Assembly: GCA_963932905.1 (NCBI GenBank)
Contig: CAWVRN010000001.1
Location: 416,001-480,000, forward strand
Direction of reading: 5' to 3'
Source of the DNA: an uncultured Bdellovibrio sp.
GTDB taxonomy: Bacteria; Bdellovibrionota; Bdellovibrionia; Bdellovibrionales; Bdellovibrionaceae
Length of the DNA stretch: 64,000 nt
Shown here piece after piece: positions 30,653 to 39,457 of this stretch. The position numbers and the translations under genes were made by a program. Below the pieces are notes generated by a model. That model saw only the letters and a list, made by a program, of their open reading frames with translations. It did no database searches and was not told where the DNA came from. Position 1 is the first letter of the stretch, and each line of letters starts with the position of its first letter.

Positions 30653-30727
30653 AAAAGGTACCTCCTAACATTCTGAAACCCACAGCGTCTAATGCGCTGG
30701 GTTTCAGAATGTTAGGAGGTACCTTTT
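30653..30727. repeat. REP/REPIN-like palindrome, copy 2 (30-bp perfect arms, 15-nt spacer); may act as terminator or mRNA stabiliser
   Basis: AAAAGGTACCTCCTAACATTCTGAAACCCA (30653-30682) and its exact reverse complement (30698-30727); A/T runs at the ends. Confidence 0.9.
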
Positions 30728-30728
30728 T

Positions 30729-31763
30729 TTAACCGTGGCCGCCCATGAGGAATTTTTCTTCTTCGTGGCTTTTTAAAACTGTTTCGTTTTGGCTTTGGTT
30801 TGTCTTGCTAAATAAATTAGAAAAATAAATTTTAGATTCTGCCAAGATGCTTTCTGCATTTGGAGACTGAAATAGCTTTTTCCTAAATTGAGCGGAGTCA
30901 GGATACCCTGTTGAGAACCAAGCGGCAAACTTTCTTAATTGAATCTCTCTTAAGCGGTCACTACATCGCAGCGCATACATTTCGTTTAAGGTGTTTAACA
31001 AATTATAGAAGTCTTTGTCGATCTTTTCATCCCGACCTTGATACAGAGCCAAGGATTCTTTGAAGATGTAAGGATTTCTTAAAGCGCCGCGACCAATAAG
31101 GACTCCATCAAGATTGTATTTTTTCAGCCAGCCGACGGCGTCCTCAGCTGTTAAAACATCACCATTTCCTAACACTGGGATTTTTACTTTAGCTTTTACT
31201 TCGCCGATATAGTCCCAATTTGCTTTGCCTTCGTAGTTTTGTGAACGAGTGCGGCCGTGAATCGCCATCCAAGTGATGCCTTCATTGTAGGCGATGTGAC
31301 CGACTTCATCGGCATTAAGGGTTTCATGATTCCAGCCGGTGCGAACTTTGATCGTTACGGGGATTTTAACGGCTTTTACTACCGCACTGAGGACTTTTTG
31401 CAACATAACCAAGTCTTTCAGCATGGCTGAGCCAGCCCCTTTTTTAGTTACCTTCGGAACGGGGCAACCGAAATTTAAATCGACGAAATCCACGCCTTTT
31501 TGTTCTACGACTTGGGCGGCACGGGCCAGAATTTCAGGATCATCACCAAAAAGTTGTAATCCGACAGGTCGCTGTTCTTCATCATAACCCATCATTTCGA
31601 AAGTTCGTTCATTGTGGTATTCAAGGCCATTAGCACTGATCAATTCGCTAACGACCACACTGCTATCAAGCTTACGAATAAATGTGCGGAAAGAATGGTC
31701 CGTGATACCCGCCATAGGAGCGATAACAAAGGGATTCAATTTCAGGTGATCAGTCAGTTTCAT
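30729..31763 (-). CDS. dusB: tRNA-dihydrouridine synthase
   Basis: APMAGITD, QLFG, DLNFGCP, VTIKVRTGW, IHGRTR, NGDV, IGRGALRNP. Confidence 0.93.
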   Translation of the reverse strand: MKLTDHLKLNPFVIAPMAGITDHSFRTFIRKLDSSVVVSELISANGLEYHNERTFEMMGYDEEQRPVGLQLFGDDPEILARAAQVVEQKGVDFVDLNFGCPVPKVTKKGAGSAMLKDLVMLQKVLSAVVKAVKIPVTIKVRTGWNHETLNADEVGHIAYNEGITWMAIHGRTRSQNYEGKANWDYIGEVKAKVKIPVLGNGDVLTAEDAVGWLKKYNLDGVLIGRGALRNPYIFKESLALYQGRDEKIDKDFYNLLNTLNEMYALRCSDRLREIQLRKFAAWFSTGYPDSAQFRKKLFQSPNAESILAESKIYFSNLFSKTNQSQNETVLKSHEEEKFLMGGHG

Positions 31764-31913
31764 ACGTCACTTTAGCTAATGGTGTTGGCCGAAGAAAGTA
31801 GTTAGTTCTTTTGTGCCCAGAAGACAATAAATATCCGTGATATCTACGGAATTTTCAGTGGAATTGGAGGCATCTAAGAACTTTTTACTGGGTAAATAAT
31901 GAGCTAAATTACC

Positions 31914-32516
31914 TTATTCGAGCCAATGAACGCGGCCTTCGGTTTGGCGAGGGGCTTTGGGTGGATTGTGATCGGGGTAACCAAGGACAACTCCGCAAAG
32001 TAATTCCAGCTCTCCGGATTTAATTTTTGGATTTTCGTTTAACCTCAGGAATTCGATGACGTCGTCTTTGATTTCTAGCGGGGCTCCCATCGTGCAACAA
32101 CCAAGTCCTTCAACCACGCAGGCCAGATTCAAGTTTTCAACCGCCATGTACACACTACCAATACTGGTCAGATATTTTTCGTCGGCTGAGTTATTTGAAA
32201 ATACAAACAGCAAGACGGGTGCATCACCGAGGGTAAAGAAAAATCGTTCTGTGAAATCATACAACGACGGTTTCAATCTTTCTTTCAAAATATCTTTAAT
32301 CCCGAGCCATGATTTTTGAGAGTGTTTTAAATATTGGTCACGCATTTGACCCTGAACAACGAAGAATTCCCAGTTTTGTCGATTTTTACCCGAAGGTGCT
32401 TGCATCGCACCGGCAAGAATTCGTTCAAGTACTTCTTTTGGTACAGGATCTTTTTTAAATTTACGAATGGATTTGCGGCTTTCTAAAAGTTGGTAAAAAT
32501 CTTTTTTGTCTAGCAT
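31914..32516 (-). CDS. Nitroreductase family protein
   Basis: SRKSIRKF, APSGKNRQNWEF, GLGCC, LGYP. Confidence 0.92.
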   Translation of the reverse strand: MLDKKDFYQLLESRKSIRKFKKDPVPKEVLERILAGAMQAPSGKNRQNWEFFVVQGQMRDQYLKHSQKSWLGIKDILKERLKPSLYDFTERFFFTLGDAPVLLFVFSNNSADEKYLTSIGSVYMAVENLNLACVVEGLGCCTMGAPLEIKDDVIEFLRLNENPKIKSGELELLCGVVLGYPDHNPPKAPRQTEGRVHWLE

Positions 32517-32601
32517 AGTCGGATCCTATAACCGCCATTGAAATCTGTAAATGTAAAAAATCTTCAATAGCTTTTGGTATTTTCATTGCCTTTGGCTTGG
32601 C

Positions 32602-32629
32602 TTGACAGTCTATAGGCTTAACCTATAGC
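32602..32629 (+). promoter_or_regulatory. Sigma70-like promoter of tag with an overlapping palindrome
   Basis: TTGACA-N16-TATAGC; CTATAGG-N5-CCTATAG inverted repeat at 32610-32628. Confidence 0.55.
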
Positions 32630-32657
32630 AATTAAATTATCTTCATGGAGTTTCTAA

Positions 32658-33233
32658 ATGAAAAAACAAAAAGCAGTCGTCAGGTGCGAGTGGGCGAACG
32701 GATCGGAAATGATGGCTAAGTATCATGACACCGAATGGGGTCTGCCGACTCATAGCGATCGTCAGCACTATGAATTTTTAGTACTGGAAGGTGCACAGGC
32801 TGGACTCAGTTGGGCCACTATTTTAAAACGACGCAAAGGTTACGCTAAAGCCTTTTCCAATTTTGATCCAAAGAAAGTAGCTAAATACACAAAAGCCAAA
32901 ATCGATTCTTTACTAAAAGACGAGGGCATCATTCGTAATCGTTTGAAAGTAGAATCAGCAGTTCATAACGCTAAATTATTTTTAGCAATCCAAAAAGAAT
33001 TCGGCAGCTTTGACAAATATGCATGGCAGTTTGTGGGTGGAAAACAAATCAATAGAAAACGTAAAGGTATGAGTGACCTTCAAGCGACATCTCCAGAATC
33101 TGATGCTTTTTCAAAAGATCTGAGAAAGCGTGGATTTAAATTTGTAGGCTCAACCGTGATTTACGCGCATATGCAAGCGGTAGGTATGGTCAACGATCAC
33201 ACCGTGAAATGCTTTCGTCATAAAGACTGCTAA
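32658..33233 (+). CDS. tag: DNA-3-methyladenine glycosylase I
   Basis: RCEWA, YHDTEWG, LEGAQAGLSWATIL, IIRNRLK, GFKFVG, MQAVGMVNDH. Confidence 0.96.
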   Translation: MKKQKAVVRCEWANGSEMMAKYHDTEWGLPTHSDRQHYEFLVLEGAQAGLSWATILKRRKGYAKAFSNFDPKKVAKYTKAKIDSLLKDEGIIRNRLKVESAVHNAKLFLAIQKEFGSFDKYAWQFVGGKQINRKRKGMSDLQATSPESDAFSKDLRKRGFKFVGSTVIYAHMQAVGMVNDHTVKCFRHKDC

Positions 33234-33287
33234 AACAGATCCAATTTATTGCTGACAGCTGAAAACTAGATTGTTAATACTAGTCGA

Positions 33288-34466
33288 ATGACGTCTACAA
33301 TTGATCTTTGGATCGAATACATTTTACGCTTTTCTCATTTGGTGGCCGGTATTTCCTGGATCGGTAGTTCGTTTTATTTTATCTGGCTTGATAGCAGTTT
33401 TATGCCACCCGAAAAGCCACGTCATAATGTCGAAGGTGAAGTCTACATGGTTCATGGCGGCTTTTATTACCAAGTGGACAAACGAAAAATTTATCCTGGT
33501 GAAATTCCAAAAACACTTCATTGGTTCAAATGGGAAGCAACCCTAACCTGGATCACGGGATTTTTTCTTTTTGCTTTTTTGTATTACTTAAAAGGCGCGA
33601 CTTTGCTGATTAATCCTGAAGCCCTGGCATTGACTCAGTGGCAAGCGATTGGTTTAAGTTTGGGTTTAATTATTGGCTCTTGGTTTGTTTATGATTTGAT
33701 ATGGAATGCAAATCTGATCAAAGTAAAAGCGATAAGTATTTTTCTTTCGCTGTGCTATTTCGTCGCTATGATTTACGGATTAACGCGAATATTCAGTGGG
33801 CGAGGCGCCTTCATATTGATGGGCGTAATCATGGGAAGCTTGATGTTGTTGAACGTATGGGTTCGAATTCTTCCTGGACAAGCCAAAATGCTTAAAGAAG
33901 CCTTGGCCGGACAAGTTCCCGATTATTCTGTCAGTTTGAAATCTAAAGTGCGATCTGTTCACAATACCTATTTTATTTTTCCTGTTTTGTTCATTATGCT
34001 GAGCAATCACTACCCGGGCATTTATGGTCATCAGTACAATTGGGTGCTGTTAATTATCCTCAGTGTGTCGGGCGCTTTGGTTCGTCATACAATGGTAACT
34101 AAAAACACGAAAGAGCGTTGGCTGCTGATTCCTGCCGCGATTGGACTGATGGCTCTTGTTTTCGTAAGTTCAATTCAAGTAAAATCAAGCTCCAATTCCT
34201 CCATGCCCGTGCCAGATAATATGGATTACGCCTACGTAAGAAACATAGTCGAGGCCCGTTGTCAAAGATGCCATAGCACACATAACACCGATGAAAATTT
34301 CAAAGTTCCCCCGAAAGATGTCGTTCTTGAAACCGAAGATCAGCTCAGAAAACACAAAGACTTAATTATCAAGCAAGTTGAAAACAAAGTCATGCCGCTG
34401 GCGAATTTGACGGGCATGACGGATAGTGAGCGTGAAATTTTGGTCAGTTGGATGAAGAAACAGTAG
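33288..34466 (+). CDS. puuD: Membrane urate hydroxylase with a C-terminal cytochrome c (PuuD family)
   Basis: HLVAGISWIGSSFYFIWLD, VHGGFY, LHWFKWEA, RSVHNTY, MLSNHY; heme motif CQRCH; adjacent to the purine catabolic operon. Confidence 0.9.
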   Translation: MTSTIDLWIEYILRFSHLVAGISWIGSSFYFIWLDSSFMPPEKPRHNVEGEVYMVHGGFYYQVDKRKIYPGEIPKTLHWFKWEATLTWITGFFLFAFLYYLKGATLLINPEALALTQWQAIGLSLGLIIGSWFVYDLIWNANLIKVKAISIFLSLCYFVAMIYGLTRIFSGRGAFILMGVIMGSLMLLNVWVRILPGQAKMLKEALAGQVPDYSVSLKSKVRSVHNTYFIFPVLFIMLSNHYPGIYGHQYNWVLLIILSVSGALVRHTMVTKNTKERWLLIPAAIGLMALVFVSSIQVKSSSNSSMPVPDNMDYAYVRNIVEARCQRCHSTHNTDENFKVPPKDVVLETEDQLRKHKDLIIKQVENKVMPLANLTGMTDSEREILVSWMKKQ

Positions 34467-37400
34467 CTAGTAAACCAGCACGCGATGAATTCCTCCGTCT
34501 GGGAAAACTTTCACCTTAATCTGCTCTATCGTTTCTTGATTAGAAATTAAAAATTCTTTTTTATTTCCGGCAAATGCTTTTACCGTGGTTCTGGCAGCCA
34601 GTTCAACCCACTGTCCATTTTTCAAGCCCTCTAGGCTGATGGCAGACGGGTTGTTGTTCACGAAATATTTAAAATCTAAAACAACTCTTTTTATCACGGT
34701 CGGTTTACCAAGTTTTAAAACAAGTTCTTCGAAATGACCGGGTTTACGACTGCGGGCGGATTCAAATCCATCGAACATGTGAATCGGAGGAAACGGGGAA
34801 ACAACTTGATCGGCCGGTCCGTAATGTTGGTTGCTGACGCTGACCAGACAACCTCCAAACGCAGCAGAGGCCAGATTGATCGGACGCTTTTTATCCATAA
34901 GTCGTTTTATATTTTTTTCGGTCTCTAGCGCCGAAGCGGCATAAGGAATAGTCAGTGGTTTATGAGATTTTGGAATAACTTCAGTAAACCGGGTAGCGGT
35001 GGCTTCTTCGAAGAGCTTATAATTTTTCGCCTCTTCCGAAGGAAGCTCAGAGTACAAACCTAAACGAGATAATCCCCCATCAGGAAATACATTCACTTTA
35101 ATTTTTGAATACGGTTTTTCGCTGAGAGGACTGGTTTGTTTAATTTTCACGACACCGTGGCCAACTAGATTCTTCTTTGGGAGTATCAAATCCCAGTTTT
35201 TTGCCGCTTCATCGTAGCCGTATAACTCAATCGCTTCGACTTGATTTCCATCATGGTATTTGGTGGAAACTTGAATGTAACGAATAGGTCCCGCCTTCTT
35301 CATTTCAAATTCAAGTGTGTGACGATCGCTGGGATTGTGGCGTACGGATTCCCAACTATCCATCACTTTACCCTGAGCACAAAACAACTGCGGATCAAAG
35401 ATGGGCTGAAACGAACTGAATAGGTTATCAGCTTGAGCAAATCGTTCATCCGTAACTGAGATTACTTTTGCACCCACTGCCAAATTGTATTGTGCTAATG
35501 GATCTACGGGTCCTGTTTCAACAATGGGATCTGGACGACACGGAATGAAGGCATCAAAAATAAGGGCTTTATAGCCTCGATTCACAATTTGTTCTTGCGA
35601 GAATTTTTTGGGATCAAATTCAGTGTGGAATTTATCAAAGGAAATTCCGCTCAGATTCAATGTTCTAATCAATTCTTGTGCAACTTCAGCGATAAACGGT
35701 ACGGCACCGTTGTCGCCGTTAGCAAAAATAACAAAACCCAATCCTTGATCAGGTCCCGCATAGCAATGCATGAACAAGGCGCGGAAACCTTCGTTGGCAC
35801 CTTGATGAATGACGATTTTGTTTTCGCCGGCTTCGGCAATAAATATTCCTAGACCCATGAGGGCCCCCATGAATTCAAAACTGCCTTTGTCACGACCATG
35901 CAGCATCAAAGCGGCCGTATCGTGTGAAATAGAACCGGAGCCTTCAAGATTCTGATACGCACGAGTCAAATGGACCAAGAATTGGGCCATATCAGCAGAA
36001 GAACCCAATCCACCTGCCGCAAACGCGGGAAATTGCAATCGGGTGCCTGGTACTTCTTTCTGCCCATCAAAATAGCCGCATGCATAGTTTTTGCCCGGAA
36101 TATTTTTTAAATTAAACGTTAGGTTTTTAAGCCCCATTTCGGCAAAGAAGGGATATGAAATTTCTTGAATGGTTTTCTTTGTGATGGATTCAATTAAATG
36201 TTCTAGAACCAAAAATCCACCGCCAGAGTAACTGAATTTCTTGCCGGGCTCGTTAATCACTTTTACATCTTTGAGCAGATCTTGCCACACTGGCATTGGT
36301 TTTCCTAGCGGATGTCCTTGAACATAGTGACCACTTAATGCCGTGTGATTTAAAAGGTGCTCCAATTGAACCGCATCAGTGCTGAGCCTAAATGAAGAAC
36401 CTGCTTTTGCAAGCAATGCATTTACGGAAGAATCTAAAGCGATATTATTTTTTTTGAAAAACTCTAAACAGTAGGCCGCGGCCAAAGGTTTACTTAATGA
36501 AGCGATTTCAAACATCGTATCGGCTTGCACATGACCTTCGCCTTTACGACGCTCACCAAAGCTTAATGTCTGAGTCGAATCAAACGCGTTAATAGAAACG
36601 CTAGCACCTACGATCTTGTATTTTTCTAATAAATCCGAAATTTTATTTCGCACGTGATCTAGAGGGTGTTCGATCATACGTTTGCGAGTGATTTCCCACA
36701 ATGCCTCCCGAGCGGCACCGATTTCATCTTGAAATGATCTCTGTAGGCGCATTTTAAGAGCATTCAAAATTTCATCTGCTGATTTATCCTTAGCCGAAAT
36801 TAAAAATTTAAATCCAAATTTCTTTAGATATTCGCTGCCTAGATTTAAAAGTTCTTGGCGTTTGGTTTCGTCTCCAGCTAAGACTTTTTGCTGTTCGGAT
36901 GCGGCTTGTGAATCCAAGGTTTTTTTGGCTTCGCCTATATTTCCATGAAAATAAGCGGCGTCGATGATGTCTTGTTTCGAAAAGGATAATATAATTGTTT
37001 TTGCGTGCTTTGTGTTTAAAACAAAACCCTGAGCCATGGTTTTCGCAAATGCCAGCGATCCACAATGCTCGAAATAATAATTTAAACGCTCGATATAGGC
37101 ATCTAGCTTGAATCGTCCCGGCATCAATTCTTGTGCTGTCGTCCAGGGGTTCTGTGAATCGCGGATTGATTTAATAGTAAAAGGCAAAAGTAACTCGGTT
37201 GCAAATTCGGGCGGCTTAGGATCTGTCATTAATTGCAGCATGAGTTTCATTGCGATCGGGTACCAACGGGCTGTTTCGGCCGTGTATTTTACCTGAACGA
37301 TCTTATCTGGATTCGATAGGTCTTTGCGTATGAAGTGCATTTCTTCGTGAACAATTTTAATAAATTCAGCTTTATCAAATCGGCCATGGTAAAGTTCATG

Positions 37401-39128
37401 CCATACTTCCCAGCGGGAACGTTCAGCGGTCGCCAAATCATCCATCACTCGAACGGAAACTCCATTTACGTGCGCCGGCAGGGCCACACAGCCATTGCCG
37501 CTTAACCAATCTGTAAGGTACTGCAAGGATTGAAACACGTTGTAGCGAATTTCATCCGGGTGATTGTTAGCAATAAAATCAGATTCTTTGATGTCGGCCA
37601 CGATCAACGAACGAACATAATTTTCATCGTTTTCTGATAGTCCTTCAATGTCAGCGCCGTGAATGAAATCCAAAATTTGTTTGTGATACTTGGGTTGCAG
37701 CAGCGACGTCACTAGTTCATCAAGTCCAGCACTGTTGCCAGCGCTATGTTGGCGCCATGCTTCGACCAGCGCTAAACCCAAGCGCACAAAATCAGGATGC
37801 GCGACCCAGAATCCTGATAGATCGCGTTTCATTTGTGTAACGACGTCTTTTATGAAGCCAAGTAAGGTCATTTGAAATGAAGGGGACTGCGGATCCGTAT
37901 CGAGTGGCAAAATACCATACATGCCGCCGACTTTGATTCCGCCTCGCCCGCCAACTACTTTGGCAAGCAGGTGATGTGAGGCTTTGATGTATTTAATGAC
38001 GATGTTAGGGTCCGCTTTGACCGGAATTCTGTAGTGTGAGTCTTCTTTGAAAATTCGTGCTGTGGAAGCCAAGAAATCATGCCAGCCCAGGGAAGCGCCG
38101 ACAAAGTAAGGGTGAAGTGCGTCCATAATTTCGTTCACACGTAAGATGGCGCGGGGATTTTCAAGAACAATCATTAGACGAACAGTACCTAACTGATAAC
38201 TAGGGAATTGCTGTTTTATTTTGCTTTCTGCCGTTGAAATCATTTTCGCCAGGTAAGCCGCTTCTTCTTCATTTTCCAGTTTGGGTACATAAAAGCACAG
38301 TGATTCTGGACGATTCCAATTTTTATACAAGTGCAAAGCGAAATCATACAGGTGCAACGGAATAGGATTTCTATCTTGAAATAAAAATGTACATGGCAAT
38401 GCTAAACCAGGAAAACGTTTAATCGGCAAAGCCAAGTGACCTTTTTCTAGTTCGTAATTCTTTTCATCGCCGCTGACTTTTAGAGTGCCGTCAAAACACG
38501 CCGTCAAATTAACGGCCGCATCAATCAGATCGGCCCGCATTGGTGTTTTAGAATCTTCGTCATCGGCGCCCCATTTAGGATTGAACTTTTGAGTTTTCAA
38601 TAACTCTTCGACAATTTTGGGCTCGTTTTTTATTTTACGATGATAGGAATTCATAGCGTTGATAGCTAATTTCGCGCTATCCGGAGGGCCAAACAGAGTT
38701 ACGTGAGGTCCTTGCAGATACGGCGGGATTGCAGCCACCTGAGCACCCTTGGGGCCGAGGTAATGTTTGTCTTTTGCCCCAAGAACAATGCGACCTTGAT
38801 GATCCTCTAAACCAATAATTGTTTTATAATCACTGTCGGTAATTTCACGTTCAAGCGATGTATTAAAATCCGAGCACGCTTTTACCCGTTCATCGATAAA
38901 TTTTCTATCGATGCGACGCTGCTGAAGAACCTTTTTTAAATCGTCTTTTGTTTCTAGGTACAAATCAGAAAGAAATTTCAAGGCGGACGGAGTTTCTAAT
39001 CCTCCGCCTTCGCCGACTTCCACCATTCCATTTACGGATTTAATTGCCGTCGCATTTTTTAATAAATGATCCGCTAGAGGAGCTGGGATGTAGTCGTGGT
39101 AATATTCGATTTCAAAAAAGGATTTCAT
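34467..39128 (-). CDS. Four-domain fusion: malate synthase + OHCU decarboxylase + beta-lactamase-fold serine hydrolase + allantoicase
   Basis: One uninterrupted ORF; likely start ATG 39128, 4 nt after the uraH stop (ORF track gives 39161). Malate synthase motifs ADDEDS, YVPKLE, VLEN, GWHDF, WVAHP, GNGCV, MDDLATAERSR. OHCU decarboxylase motifs HGNIG, SEQ, YLKKFGFKFLI. Serine hydrolase motifs SLSK, YSG, HQG. Allantoicase repeats MDSWESVR/FDGFESAR and PDGG twice. Confidence 0.9.
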   Translation of the reverse strand: MKSFFEIEYYHDYIPAPLADHLLKNATAIKSVNGMVEVGEGGGLETPSALKFLSDLYLETKDDLKKVLQQRRIDRKFIDERVKACSDFNTSLEREITDSDYKTIIGLEDHQGRIVLGAKDKHYLGPKGAQVAAIPPYLQGPHVTLFGPPDSAKLAINAMNSYHRKIKNEPKIVEELLKTQKFNPKWGADDEDSKTPMRADLIDAAVNLTACFDGTLKVSGDEKNYELEKGHLALPIKRFPGLALPCTFLFQDRNPIPLHLYDFALHLYKNWNRPESLCFYVPKLENEEEAAYLAKMISTAESKIKQQFPSYQLGTVRLMIVLENPRAILRVNEIMDALHPYFVGASLGWHDFLASTARIFKEDSHYRIPVKADPNIVIKYIKASHHLLAKVVGGRGGIKVGGMYGILPLDTDPQSPSFQMTLLGFIKDVVTQMKRDLSGFWVAHPDFVRLGLALVEAWRQHSAGNSAGLDELVTSLLQPKYHKQILDFIHGADIEGLSENDENYVRSLIVADIKESDFIANNHPDEIRYNVFQSLQYLTDWLSGNGCVALPAHVNGVSVRVMDDLATAERSRWEVWHELYHGRFDKAEFIKIVHEEMHFIRKDLSNPDKIVQVKYTAETARWYPIAMKLMLQLMTDPKPPEFATELLLPFTIKSIRDSQNPWTTAQELMPGRFKLDAYIERLNYYFEHCGSLAFAKTMAQGFVLNTKHAKTIILSFSKQDIIDAAYFHGNIGEAKKTLDSQAASEQQKVLAGDETKRQELLNLGSEYLKKFGFKFLISAKDKSADEILNALKMRLQRSFQDEIGAAREALWEITRKRMIEHPLDHVRNKISDLLEKYKIVGASVSINAFDSTQTLSFGERRKGEGHVQADTMFEIASLSKPLAAAYCLEFFKKNNIALDSSVNALLAKAGSSFRLSTDAVQLEHLLNHTALSGHYVQGHPLGKPMPVWQDLLKDVKVINEPGKKFSYSGGGFLVLEHLIESITKKTIQEISYPFFAEMGLKNLTFNLKNIPGKNYACGYFDGQKEVPGTRLQFPAFAAGGLGSSADMAQFLVHLTRAYQNLEGSGSISHDTAALMLHGRDKGSFEFMGALMGLGIFIAEAGENKIVIHQGANEGFRALFMHCYAGPDQGLGFVIFANGDNGAVPFIAEVAQELIRTLNLSGISFDKFHTEFDPKKFSQEQIVNRGYKALIFDAFIPCRPDPIVETGPVDPLAQYNLAVGAKVISVTDERFAQADNLFSSFQPIFDPQLFCAQGKVMDSWESVRHNPSDRHTLEFEMKKAGPIRYIQVSTKYHDGNQVEAIELYGYDEAAKNWDLILPKKNLVGHGVVKIKQTSPLSEKPYSKIKVNVFPDGGLSRLGLYSELPSEEAKNYKLFEEATATRFTEVIPKSHKPLTIPYAASALETEKNIKRLMDKKRPINLASAAFGGCLVSVSNQHYGPADQVVSPFPPIHMFDGFESARSRKPGHFEELVLKLGKPTVIKRVVLDFKYFVNNNPSAISLEGLKNGQWVELAARTTVKAFAGNKKEFLISNQETIEQIKVKVFPDGGIHRVLVY

Positions 39129-39132
39129 AGTA

Positions 39133-39456
39133 CTAGCTGCCTCGGTAGGTGCTGTAACCATATGGGCTTAACAATAAAGGCACGTGGTATTTTCTGTTTG
39201 TGTCTGTGATATTGAACGCAACGGGTACAGCTAAAAAAAACGGAGTTAGATTTTGCTTCTTAAAGTAGTTTTCAATTTCAAAAGTTAAACGGTATTGCGC
39301 GATTTCATAGGGGCAATCAAAATTGATTCGTCCATCACTATTAGTTTTATCTTGTTTTACTTGTGACCACTGATTTCCATTTAATTTTTCTAACGTCACA
39401 GTGACATCTTTAGCTGGCATGCCCAAATTGATGTCCAAAATATGAGTACTAATCAT
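39133..39456 (-). CDS. uraH: 5-hydroxyisourate hydrolase (transthyretin-like)
   Basis: ISTHILD, TNSDGR, YHVPLLLSPYGYSTYRGS signature. Start moved to ATG 39456 (AAAGGA RBS). Confidence 0.96.
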   Translation of the reverse strand: MISTHILDINLGMPAKDVTVTLEKLNGNQWSQVKQDKTNSDGRINFDCPYEIAQYRLTFEIENYFKKQNLTPFFLAVPVAFNITDTNRKYHVPLLLSPYGYSTYRGS

Positions 39457-39457
39457 G

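Noticed and set aside
28687..30727. Palindromic repeats as a CRISPR array or as ends of a composite transposon carrying typA
   Set aside because: Only two self-complementary units about 2 kb apart, no repeat-spacer periodicity, no cas or transposase gene, and typA is a core gene.
35650..36660. Serine hydrolase domain as an antibiotic-resistance beta-lactamase
   Set aside because: It is embedded in a cytoplasmic metabolic fusion with no signal peptide and has YSG/HQG rather than YxN/KTG.
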